A stretch of DNA of 48,136 bases from the IMG/VR virus record IMGVR_UViG_3300033977_000008, positions 1-48,136 of that record; one strand, 5' to 3'. Below the pieces are notes generated by a model. It was given only the letters and a program-made list of their open reading frames with translations, was not told where the DNA came from and did not search any database. A program made the translations under genes and the position numbers. The stretch is from a virus. Positions 34,807-42,533 of the stretch are shown piece by piece. Each line of letters begins with the position of its first letter. Position 1 is the stretch's first letter.

Positions 34807-34974
34807 ATGAAATGCCAACTGAAAGGTTGCGGCAATAAATTCAAACCAGGGAAAGTTACGCAACGCTATTGTTGCGCCGCACACAGACGCAAGGCTCAAG
34901 CCAAAAGGCGTGAAGAGCGCGTGAAGCTGGCGCTCAGTCGGTATGGACCGACATGGGAAGGCGGCAAACCGTGA
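34807..34974 (+). CDS. Zinc-ribbon mini-protein (CxxC...QxYCC motif), family member 1 of 3
   Basis: MKCQLKGCGNKFKPGKVTQRYCCAAHRRKAQAKRR. The promoter places the TSS at or near this ATG. Paralogous motifs occur at 45171 and 45499. Confidence 0.55.
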   Translation: MKCQLKGCGNKFKPGKVTQRYCCAAHRRKAQAKRREERVKLALSRYGPTWEGGKP

Positions 34975-35072
34975 TCGGTGCAACACTATTTTCTATGGCT
35001 TTAATTCTGTACGTGGTTATGTGGATTGTATTCGCCGTTCTCATCATTCGTAGGATGAAGGAGCGCCAATGA
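34971..35072 (+). CDS. 33-aa single-TM peptide, absent from the ORF track
   Basis: GTGA overlap upstream and ATGA overlap downstream. Sequence VIGATLFSMALILYVVMWIVFAVLIIRRMKERQ. Confidence 0.35.
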   Translation: MIGATLFSMALILYVVMWIVFAVLIIRRMKERQ

Positions 35073-35734
35073 AAATCCAGGATGTAGTGACTGTCTACAA
35101 GCTCACCGATGAGAAAGGGGAAAGTCACAACGAAACCCAATGGGGTCCAGGGATAACCCATAGAACCAATGGGGAGGGCGAACTGTGCGGACCCGGCTGG
35201 ATTCATGTTTACCCCGATGCTCTGCTTGCCATTCTGTTAAATCCCATCCACGCTGCGTTCTCATCTCCGCGTCTTTGGGAAGCCAGCGCCTCGGGGAAAA
35301 GCAAAACGGATCATGGGCTGAAGTTTGGATATACCGAAGTTACCACCAATAAAGAACTGCCAATTCCTAAAGTCATAACGGCTCAGCGGGTGCGGTTTAG
35401 CATCCTGTGCGCGTTGGCAGTATACCACGGAGCATCATTCGAGAAGTGGGCAAACGATTGGCTAAGCGGCAAGGATCGAACTTGGGCACCCACGGGGTGG
35501 GCGGCGTGGCCGGCGGAGGCGGCGTGGGCGGCGCGGGCGGCGGAGGCGGCGCGGGCGGCGGAGGCGGTGGCGGCGGAGGCGTGGGCGGCGGAGCAGGCGG
35601 CGGTGGCGGCGGAGGCGGCGGAGACGTGGGCGGCGGAGGCGGCGGCGCACGCGGCGTGGGCGGCGCAAGATAGGCCGCTTCTCGCTTTTGATTTAATCGC
35701 TCTGGCGCATCAGGCCATCGAGGAAGAGAAATAA
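35069..35734 (+). CDS. Protein with a conserved YK..D...W..G...LC..G.H N-domain and a C-terminal Ala/Trp/Glu repeat region
   Basis: VYKLTDEKGESHNETQWGPGITH...LCGPGWIHVYPDALLAILLNP, then WAAWPAEAAWAARAAEAARAAEAVAAEAWAAEQ... Function unknown. Confidence 0.6.
   Translation: MKIQDVVTVYKLTDEKGESHNETQWGPGITHRTNGEGELCGPGWIHVYPDALLAILLNPIHAAFSSPRLWEASASGKSKTDHGLKFGYTEVTTNKELPIPKVITAQRVRFSILCALAVYHGASFEKWANDWLSGKDRTWAPTGWAAWPAEAAWAARAAEAARAAEAVAAEAWAAEQAAVAAEAAETWAAEAAAHAAWAAQDRPLLAFDLIALAHQAIEEEK
35496..35667. repeat. GC-rich low-complexity codon repeat (GCG GCG GAG GCG / GCG TGG units)
   Basis: Visible imperfect tandem repetition. The ORF track lists repeat-driven ORFs in a second plus frame (35407..35673, poly-Gly) and on the minus strand (35462..35668, Arg-rich). 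Confidence 0.8.
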
Positions 35735-35777
35735 AAACCTAGAGAAGTTCCACTAAAGTGGACGAAAAGGAAACTCC

Positions 35778-36911
35778 ATGCCAGCAAAGAGAAAGGCCAA
35801 GCAAGACACGGACCTCACTGTAGTGGAAAAGGAACCGATTACTGAGCAGCCGCGATTAAATCCTCAAGCGCTTTTGAAGGTTGCTATTGAGAAGGGTACA
35901 GACATTGCAACCTTGGAGCGGCTCGTTCAACTCGCTAAAGATGTGCGCGCTGAGCAAGCTAAGGCCGCGTACAACGAAGCGATGGCGGAATTCCACAAAC
36001 GGTGCCCTGCAATTTTCAAGACGAGTAAAGCGGTAATCTCGACACGCGGGGGTGGCAGCTTCTCCTACAAGTTTGCATCCTTGGATGAATTGAACAAGCG
36101 AGTCCTGCCGGTGATGGCTTCGGTTGGGCTGACAGTTTCATATCGGATCGCGCAGAAACCAGAAAGCGTAACTTCGGTCTGCCGGATAACTCATGCTCTC
36201 GGACACTTCGAGGAGAGCGGACCAATCGAAATGCCGATTGTTATTATGAGTGGCGAAGATGGCAAGACTGTCGGAGCTAACCCTGCTCAGTGTGTGGGAA
36301 TCGCTATGAGCTATGCACGGCGGTACTCATTTCTTGCCATAACTGGCCTAGCGGCACAAGACGAGGATAAAGACGGTCAACCAAGTATAGAAGAGCCACG
36401 ACGACAATCTGAAGCGACACAACCAACGAAACCGCAAGCACCAAGCAAAACTATTCAAACGATCAGCGACGACGAATGGAACCAAATCTTTATCGAAGGC
36501 AAGCAGGCTGGCATCGGACCGGCAGAAAAGGTGATGGCATTCCTAACCGGGCAATTCGGTATCAGGAGTCGCAACGAGATTACGGGTGCCCAATATCCGA
36601 AGGTGCTTGAGAGCATTCGCGGCTGGAAACCTGCGCAAAAAGCTGAGAAGAAAAGAACTCCGTCAGATGCAAGCGAAGGACAGATGAAGCGGGTTTCTCC
36701 TGAGCAAATCGGCTCATTACATTCACTCGCACGAAGACACGGCTGGGAGGGGAAACAGCCAAGGGAAGATGACCCGTATCATACTTACCTTCGGCGTGTG
36801 GGCTACGAATCCACAAAGGACTTGCCAGCGGACATGGTAGGCGCAATCAAATCGGTGCTCCTCAAAGGACCAGAATCTGAGGGGTTTAAGAAAGTAGCTG
36901 AAAATGCCTAA
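35778..36911 (+). CDS. erf: ERF-family single-strand annealing recombinase
   Basis: AMAEFHKRCPAI...GSFSYKFASLDELNKRVLPVMASVGLTVSYRI...CVGIAMSYARRYSFLAITGL matches the ERF core pattern. Long disordered C-terminal tail. Confidence 0.8.
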   Translation: MPAKRKAKQDTDLTVVEKEPITEQPRLNPQALLKVAIEKGTDIATLERLVQLAKDVRAEQAKAAYNEAMAEFHKRCPAIFKTSKAVISTRGGGSFSYKFASLDELNKRVLPVMASVGLTVSYRIAQKPESVTSVCRITHALGHFEESGPIEMPIVIMSGEDGKTVGANPAQCVGIAMSYARRYSFLAITGLAAQDEDKDGQPSIEEPRRQSEATQPTKPQAPSKTIQTISDDEWNQIFIEGKQAGIGPAEKVMAFLTGQFGIRSRNEITGAQYPKVLESIRGWKPAQKAEKKRTPSDASEGQMKRVSPEQIGSLHSLARRHGWEGKQPREDDPYHTYLRRVGYESTKDLPADMVGAIKSVLLKGPESEGFKKVAENA

Positions 36912-37533
36912 AGAAGAGTTCATTGAAAAGGGCCACATCTATTTGCTTGATGGTCGCAGAATTCCGAGTGTTTCACAAGTTCTTCGGCTTACAGGAATAG
37001 CGCAGGATTTGTCTATGGTAAATCCAGGAATTCTACAGCACAGACGCGACATCGGCAATGCCGTCGATCATGCCGTTCAATTCTTGCAAGAAAACGATTT
37101 AGACCGAAGCAGCCTTGACTTAGAAGTTGCGGCGAGGCTAATGGGCTATGAGCGGTTCGTGCGAGATACGGGATTCAAGGTTCAACGCATTCATGGCCGA
37201 CGATGGGCGGTCCTGGGAGGAATGTCCTATGGAATGGAATATGATTTTGCGGGAGCAATGGATCACTACGCTTGGGTCATTGATGGGAAGATCACCGAAG
37301 GCAAACCGCATCGCTCTTGGGGAATACAGACTGCCGCATACACCCACGGCGCATTTCCGCCGTTGACTGTGCCATTTTACTATCGCCGTGCCACGTTGCA
37401 ACTTCTCAGAAACGGCAAGTATCGCTTGCACGAATGGACTGACCCGGCTGACCTGCAAGAATTCCAATCGGCTTTGTTCTTGGTATGGAGGCGAATCAAT
37501 TCCGGTGAAGATATTTGGAAAGTCTTAGGGTGA
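36904..37533 (+). CDS. PD-(D/E)XK (RecB/Cas4-like) exonuclease, recombination partner of ERF
   Basis: GHIYLLDGRRIPSVSQVL (N-terminal H.Y...PSVT-type motif), DF.G...VIDGKIT (D...D.K) and QTAAY (QxxxY). Overlaps the end of erf. Confidence 0.65.
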   Translation: MPKEEFIEKGHIYLLDGRRIPSVSQVLRLTGIAQDLSMVNPGILQHRRDIGNAVDHAVQFLQENDLDRSSLDLEVAARLMGYERFVRDTGFKVQRIHGRRWAVLGGMSYGMEYDFAGAMDHYAWVIDGKITEGKPHRSWGIQTAAYTHGAFPPLTVPFYYRRATLQLLRNGKYRLHEWTDPADLQEFQSALFLVWRRINSGEDIWKVLG

Positions 37534-37546
37534 AAATGTTAGCGCA

Positions 37547-37732
37547 ATGAAAATCATAAGCAAACTCTCATCCGTGAAAATACGACTTGATGGTAGAAAC
37601 CGCGCAGGTAATGTCACAACTTACGTGATTCGACTTGCTGATACCAATATAGATGAAGTGAAGGATATGATCGAGAATGGCGCAGAAAAATTTGATAGGG
37701 AAAGGAGGGATCATGGCGAAAAAGAAGGCTAA
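37547..37732 (+). CDS. Hypothetical small protein, 61 aa
   Basis: ORF only, with a weak RBS. A 26-codon Lys-rich ORF (37713..37793) with a strong SD (AAAGGAGGG) overlaps its end. Confidence 0.35.
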   Translation: MKIISKLSSVKIRLDGRNRAGNVTTYVIRLADTNIDEVKDMIENGAEKFDRERRDHGEKEG

Positions 37733-37861
37733 GAAAGCGAAGAAGCAAAAGCCTGTCGAGCCACTGGTGCCACCCGAAGCAGCCCCAGTTTAGTCGAGTC
37801 TAGCTAGGGCGCAGGATGGAGGGCCGTGCGCCTTGTGGTAGATTCGTAAAGGACGAATGCT

Positions 37862-38044
37862 ATGATAATCGAAACCCGGACAGACATAACTCTTGAAATT
37901 CGCGTCAAATGCTCAGTTTGCGGGCGCGACCTCAGCGCAGAGTTTATTGACTCTCCTGGAACACGCGGTGCAAGTTTGCATGTTGACCCTTGCGAAAATT
38001 GTCTTGAAGAAGCTCGCAAAGCAGCGCTCCAAAGCGGAACCTGA
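37862..38044 (+). CDS. Small zinc-finger protein (CxxC...CxxC)
   Basis: KCSVCGRDL...DPCENCLEEA. SD AAAGGACGA before the ATG. Confidence 0.5.
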   Translation: MIIETRTDITLEIRVKCSVCGRDLSAEFIDSPGTRGASLHVDPCENCLEEARKAALQSGT

Positions 38045-38083
38045 TGTTTACTTTAGTGGACGAAATCAAAAAGGAGAACAAGA

Positions 38084-39088
38084 ATGGGACTAGCAATAGT
38101 TAAGATTCCAGATGCAAGTGTTGGACTGATCGAGGTCCGCAATCTGCCGATCACCGTTGAGCCAAACGAGAAATTTCATCTCGCCAAAGCAGCCTTGACA
38201 GGAATCGTTACGCAGGCAAGTAGCATTGTCAATGCCATCACAACGGATGACCAATACAATCTCGGCATCGCTCTTATCAAGCAAATCCGCACATTTCGGA
38301 AGCAAGCGGAAGCTGGTGCGAAGCCAAGTAAGGATTGCCTCAACAAAGCCAAAGACGAGCTTATGGGCTATATCCATGAACTCGATGACCCTGCTGCGAA
38401 GATTGAGAAAGCTCTTCAAGTGGAAACAGCACGCTACGCTGAATGGAAGGAACAAGAACGGCTCAAAGAAGAGGCGCGTCGGCGCGATGAAGAAGAGCGC
38501 AAGCGGAGGGCAGAACAGCGGCGGTTCGATTTAATAGCTCTTCGACATCAGATCGCGGACGCTGAAATCGAACTTGAGGCAGCGCGCTTGCGACATCAGA
38601 CGCAAACGGTCGAAGAAATTTCTGTAACAATAGCAAGATTCAGATCCTTAGAATCTTTCCCGGATGGCTATCCTAATCCTGCCAAAGATGCTCAAGATGT
38701 GCGCCAGGAAGTTGCTAATGCCAAAATCCGTGAAGCAGGGCGAATTGCGGCTGCAAAGGCTAAGGAAGCAGGTGACAAGGCAGCGGCTCGCAGGATTGAG
38801 AAGGCAGCGGCGACGGCGACCGCCGAAGTCGCTCCAGTTATCGTAGAACAAGCTCAGGCAGCGCCAGTGGCGGTCCCCAAAGCGGAACTTGCACGCGAGA
38901 AGGGCCAACATCTGAAGATTCGCTGGTTACTCGACCGAATTTCTGAACCTGCGGTTGTACCTATGCGATTCTGGATAATCTCCGAAAAACTCTTGCAAGA
39001 CTACGCCGACCAGCAAGGTGAGAGTGAGCCTCACGTTCCTGGTGTGGTATTCAAGCGAGAGGCGAAAACTGCGGGAATTCGTGGATAA
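38084..39088 (+). CDS. Coiled-coil protein of the recombination module (DUF1351-like layout)
   Basis: SD AAGGAG. N-terminal domain, then a long charged coiled coil (EQERLKEEARRRDEEERKRRAEQRR). Lies next to ERF and the exonuclease. Confidence 0.4.
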   Translation: MGLAIVKIPDASVGLIEVRNLPITVEPNEKFHLAKAALTGIVTQASSIVNAITTDDQYNLGIALIKQIRTFRKQAEAGAKPSKDCLNKAKDELMGYIHELDDPAAKIEKALQVETARYAEWKEQERLKEEARRRDEEERKRRAEQRRFDLIALRHQIADAEIELEAARLRHQTQTVEEISVTIARFRSLESFPDGYPNPAKDAQDVRQEVANAKIREAGRIAAAKAKEAGDKAAARRIEKAAATATAEVAPVIVEQAQAAPVAVPKAELAREKGQHLKIRWLLDRISEPAVVPMRFWIISEKLLQDYADQQGESEPHVPGVVFKREAKTAGIRG

Positions 39089-39621
39089 TAGGTTTATGGC
39101 GAGCGCGGCGTGGAAGCGTGCGAATTGCGCTGGGAGTTAGCCGCCAAATTGCCAGCGGGTAATCGCCTGGGATCGGCTCCAGCCGCTCGCCATCAAGATT
39201 GCGGTCCAAGCGCAGGGCGTATTGCGGAGGAATGCCACGTGGTACGACGCACGCTCAATGATAGAAACCCTCGCTGAGCGAGCAACATCACTGAGCGGAA
39301 ATCCTATTCAGCACCGCGAGGTGCTCTTGGACCATCAAGATTGTGCCGCCGCTAGTGCGAGAGCGCGGATGCTGAGGTCCAGCCTAGTTGAGATGACGCC
39401 CTACAGACTTATGGGTAGTCGCAGACGGTAAATAAGGTATGAGATTAGTAACCTCATGCCGAATCCTCAGCGTGCGGCGGCTCCAGTTTGTGGCCCCGCG
39501 CGGCCCCACGTGAGGGGCGTACCAGGAGACCGGATAGGGATGCATACTGAAGCCGGAGAGCGCGTAGGCTGAGAACGCTTAGCGGTTCAGCGGCACGGGG
39601 CCACAAGTTTCGGCGGTGAAT

Positions 39622-39786
39622 ATGGCGTGCGAAATTTGTGGACGACTAATGTGCACGCGGAGTTTCCACACTCTGGAGGAGCAGGAGTCCTTCGATACCT
39701 ATGCGAATTGCGCCATGTGCGCCGACAGACTTAGGGAATCTGAACTTGATGCCGAAGGACTCTGCGAGCAGTGCAGAACAGACTGA
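39622..39786 (+). CDS. 54-aa Cys-rich zinc-finger mini-ORF flanked by a 14-bp direct repeat, absent from the ORF track
   Basis: MACEICGRLMC...NCAMCADRL...GLCEQCRTD. SD-like GGCGGTGA lies 2 nt before the ATG. AGTTTCGGCGGTGA occurs at 39606..39619 and 39786..39799. Confidence 0.35.
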   Translation: MACEICGRLMCTRSFHTLEEQESFDTYANCAMCADRLRESELDAEGLCEQCRTD

Positions 39787-39892
39787 GTTTCGGCGGTGAG
39801 CCGCGCAAAGCGGAGGGGAATCGAACCACCCAGAATGAAGGCTCTGGGCCTCGGCTGAGAATGCCGACACCGCCATCAATTTGGAGGGCGAG

Positions 39893-40588
39893 ATGAGCGA
39901 TTGGGCTGATGAACACGAACGCAAACGACTCGTTGAGAAGCTGAAATATGGCACTGATAAGGAAATTAACGAGGCACTGGATGAAGTCTACGAGCGCGGC
40001 AAAGCCGACCTAGCGAAAGAATTGCTCTGCGAGAAACACAAATACATGAGCGCTGTTGGTGGATGCCGTTATTGTGCCTACGAGCGCGGAAAGGCCAAGG
40101 CTAATAGTGCTGAGGCGGCTGGCGGCTGGCCGGACACAATCCGACTTTGGCGACGAGTGGCTGGTTGTAGCTCGCCAGACTGTCATGGCCGCGAACATTA
40201 TCAGGCCGCAATGCGCGAGTTCTTTAACCGGGGCGAAGCCGAGATGCTGAGCGAATTCAGCTCTGCCGTAAAAGTGCATCGTGACAAGAACTTGTTTGTG
40301 TTTGGCGAGCCGGAAGCGACAAAGATTGTACAGGATGTACTGTTAAGCGCCGACGCCAGCGAGCCGCTTCCCTGCAGGCACGCGGTCGCGCTCGAACTCT
40401 TCGGGATGTGGCTCGATGTGAACGCCCACCGGATAACTGGCGGCTACCTGACGGGCGCGCAGGTCATCGGCGCGTGGGACGACGCGAGGGACAACCGGAT
40501 CGGGCAGTTCTTTTCCCTGGAAACCGTCGAGGAGGCGAAGCGCAGGTGCGCCGACTTGGAGCGCGTCAGGGAGCACAAAAATGACTGA
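39893..40588 (+). CDS. Hypothetical protein, 231 aa
   Basis: ATG 39893 preceded by GGAGGG. Cys/His-containing N-terminal half (CEKH..GGCRYC..SSPDCHG). Confidence 0.55.
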   Translation: MSDWADEHERKRLVEKLKYGTDKEINEALDEVYERGKADLAKELLCEKHKYMSAVGGCRYCAYERGKAKANSAEAAGGWPDTIRLWRRVAGCSSPDCHGREHYQAAMREFFNRGEAEMLSEFSSAVKVHRDKNLFVFGEPEATKIVQDVLLSADASEPLPCRHAVALELFGMWLDVNAHRITGGYLTGAQVIGAWDDARDNRIGQFFSLETVEEAKRRCADLERVREHKND

Positions 40589-40868
40589 CGTTGAAATCCC
40601 AAGCAATTCGGAAACTGACCGAATTCGCGAGTTGCTCAAGAATTTTACCATTGGAGGGCCGATGAAACTCATTCAAGAGTGGGAAAGTAAAACAAAGCGC
40701 GGCAATCCTTGTCGAGTGACAGTCCGCCAAAACCATCATGGTTACTACGAAGCTCTGATTCTGATTCGGGAGGGCCTGCAAGGTCAATACTTCAGTTGCT
40801 ACGACCAAAAGGACCAAGAAGAGGCCGTAGCGGTCGCCTTGGCGCGCGCAGACGAAGCTGGATATTAG
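40581..40868 (+). CDS. Hypothetical protein, 95 aa
   Basis: ATG overlaps the end of the upstream gene (AATGACTGA). Confidence 0.5.
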   Translation: MTDVEIPSNSETDRIRELLKNFTIGGPMKLIQEWESKTKRGNPCRVTVRQNHHGYYEALILIREGLQGQYFSCYDQKDQEEAVAVALARADEAGY

Positions 40869-40870
40869 CA

Positions 40871-41536
40871 ATGGGAAGGTGGACCCTACCAAAAGTTATC
40901 TGTGACTGCGGTTCCGAGCAAACAGTTGGACAGCTCGAATCGCAACAGCATCAGAGTTCTGTCCGCCATAAACATCACAAGCGCATTGCAATACTGCTGA
41001 TGAAACCTTGTGTAACTTTATCAGAAATCGGCAATCGCTTGGGCGTGTCGCGCGAAAGGGCCAGGCAGATAGCTGCAAGCTATGGACTACGGGGATTTAA
41101 CAGGATGCACGTCTGTACTTTAGAGCGAGCAAATGAATTTTTCAAAACCTATTTTCACACGTTGATTCTTGCTTGCCCATTCCCCGTCAATCCAATTAAA
41201 AAATGTGACCGAGGCGCCAAAGAAATGTTTTCTCGCACCAAGGTCGCCATCAATGGGCATCTATCTTTGGTGCTTAACTGTTGTGGCAAACGTCCGGATG
41301 GCAAAACAGTATGGATAGGAGCAATAAAGCAACCCAGTCTGGTTTCTTGCGAGTTTGTTGTTTCTCACATTCGAGGAACGACGGATTACATGATTGTTCC
41401 AAGTTATCTATGGCATCAGACTTTATTCGTTCTCAATCCTCGCAAGGGATATGGAACCAAGTCTAGTTTTCATGGTTGGAGAAACTACATCAACGCATGG
41501 CACTTATTAGAGTCTCAGCCTGCCAGTGAGAATTAG
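40871..41536 (+). CDS. HTH protein (sigma70 region 4-like / Sigma70_r4-type HTH) with an unknown C-terminal domain
   Basis: VTLSEIGNRLGVSRERARQIAASYG. The internal ATG was chosen because the track's 5' extension overlaps ORF 40581..40868. Visibly more AT-rich than its neighbours. Confidence 0.45.
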   Translation: MGRWTLPKVICDCGSEQTVGQLESQQHQSSVRHKHHKRIAILLMKPCVTLSEIGNRLGVSRERARQIAASYGLRGFNRMHVCTLERANEFFKTYFHTLILACPFPVNPIKKCDRGAKEMFSRTKVAINGHLSLVLNCCGKRPDGKTVWIGAIKQPSLVSCEFVVSHIRGTTDYMIVPSYLWHQTLFVLNPRKGYGTKSSFHGWRNYINAWHLLESQPASEN

Positions 41537-41537
41537 C

Positions 41538-41566
41538 TTGACAGGTATGATTATTTGATTTAGGTT
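41538..41566 (+). promoter_or_regulatory. Sigma70-like promoter at the head of a ~600-bp ORF-poor region
   Basis: TTGACA (41538..41543)-N17-TAGGTT (41561..41566). Shares the 10-mer TAGCTTGACA with the promoter at 34771. Confidence 0.45.
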
Positions 41567-41606
41567 ATTCTTGTCGCTTCAGGCCAGGGGCGGCAGGGAA
41601 GTAGAT

Positions 41607-41654
41607 TTGTGGGGCTGGTGCCCTGATCACTAGCCCCCACAATCCCGATCAGGG
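41607..41654 (+). other. Two interleaved inverted repeats (pseudoknot topology or mutually exclusive hairpins)
   Basis: Stem A: TTGTGGGGCT (41607..41616) with AGCCCCCACAA (41632..41642). Stem B: CCCTGATC (41621..41628) with GATCAGGG (41647..41654). Confidence 0.5.
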
Positions 41655-42134
41655 CGGGTAAATGATTTTCACCCACCAACACGATCTCCAACAAAAAGTT
41701 GACGCGCAGGAGATAATCGCCGCAGCAAATGCGGATCATCGTGCCGGTCGGCCCTCATTTGCGTCAGAGTATTTGGCCCAGCATAGTGGGAGCCGAGGGC
41801 ATCATGGAGCGGTGTCTCAACCGGATGACTCTGACCAAGAGTCATGCGGTAGAGGCATCGGTCCTGAGATTAACTGAAGGTTCTTAGATGAGACGAAAAG
41901 CACAAAACAAGATTGAGCCTCGTAACGGTCATCAAGACCAAGGTCAGGCCAGCCGAAAAATCGGCGTCCGCTGTTTGTGTTTGGGATTCGCTTGCCTTTT
42001 AGTGTGCGTGAGATAGTTGTTCCCTTTGTCATCGAGGTTGACTTCGGCTAGATGCTTCCACAGTAGATCGGATGACCTACTCACGTGCTGTTGAGGGCAA
42101 AGCGCAAGCTCAAAGAAGTGAGCTTGGTTGAATA

Positions 42135-42533
42135 ATGTTAATTCCTAAATATAGTTCAGAATTTGACCGTTTGTGGAACGCTTGCCCTCTCCAGATGCGA
42201 AAGGCCAAGGCTTATGCTTTCAAGTGCTTTCAAAAACTCCACTGCGATTATAATGATGTTGAGAAGATCATAGCTTCGATCGTACGGCATATGGAAACTC
42301 GACAATGGCAAGAGGGCTTCATTCCGCACTTATCCACGTTTCTTAACCAGCGCCGATTTGAAGATGAAATCGCACCAGAGGAGAACAGAAATGGGCGAAG
42401 AGCCACGCCAAGGGAACAACTTAAAGAAAACCTTGAAGCCAGCCGACGATTTATCCAGCGTCATCGCCAAATGGATGAACGTGTTTGCCCTGAGCAACCC
42501 GGACCTAAGCGGTCGCCCGCAGATCATCACTGA
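42135..42533 (+). CDS. Conserved phage replication-module protein (F..LW...P...K..A...F type)
   Basis: SEFDRLWNACPLQMRKAKAYAFKCFQKL...FIPHLSTFLNQRRFEDE resembles a widespread phage N-terminal domain seen next to replisome-organiser genes. Confidence 0.45.
   Translation: MLIPKYSSEFDRLWNACPLQMRKAKAYAFKCFQKLHCDYNDVEKIIASIVRHMETRQWQEGFIPHLSTFLNQRRFEDEIAPEENRNGRRATPREQLKENLEASRRFIQRHRQMDERVCPEQPGPKRSPADHH

Noticed and set aside
35407-35673. The poly-Gly ORF on the plus strand and the Arg-rich ORF 35462..35668 on the minus strand.
   Set aside because: Both are by-products of the GCG/GAG codon repeat within ORF 35069..35734. That ORF has a real N-terminal domain and coupled start and stop.
39222-39431. 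The TTG-initiated 69-codon ORF in the 39.1-39.6 kb region.
   Set aside because: It has a non-ATG start without an SD and no recognisable motif, and it lies within GC-rich structured DNA. The evidence is insufficient to call it a CDS.
39800-39835. A tRNA-like T-arm: the minus strand reads GGTGG-TTCGATT-CCCCT-CCGCTTT. It could be a third tRNA or an attP core.
   Set aside because: The T-stem has a mismatch, and no D or anticodon arm can be built around it. No integrase is present. At most it is a decayed tRNA 3' fragment, and it is covered in the finding for the structured region.
40709-40870. The long N-terminal extension of ORF 40709..41536 (Ser/Arg/Pro-rich).
   Set aside because: It overlaps ORF 40581..40868 almost completely in another frame and is low complexity. 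ATG 40871, just after that gene's stop, is the more parsimonious start.
41662-42032. ORFs 41662..41877 (plus strand) and 41817..42032 (minus strand) as genes.
   Set aside because: There is no SD and no motif. They overlap each other on opposite strands and lie in a region dominated by hairpins. They are kept only as possibilities within the structured-leader finding.
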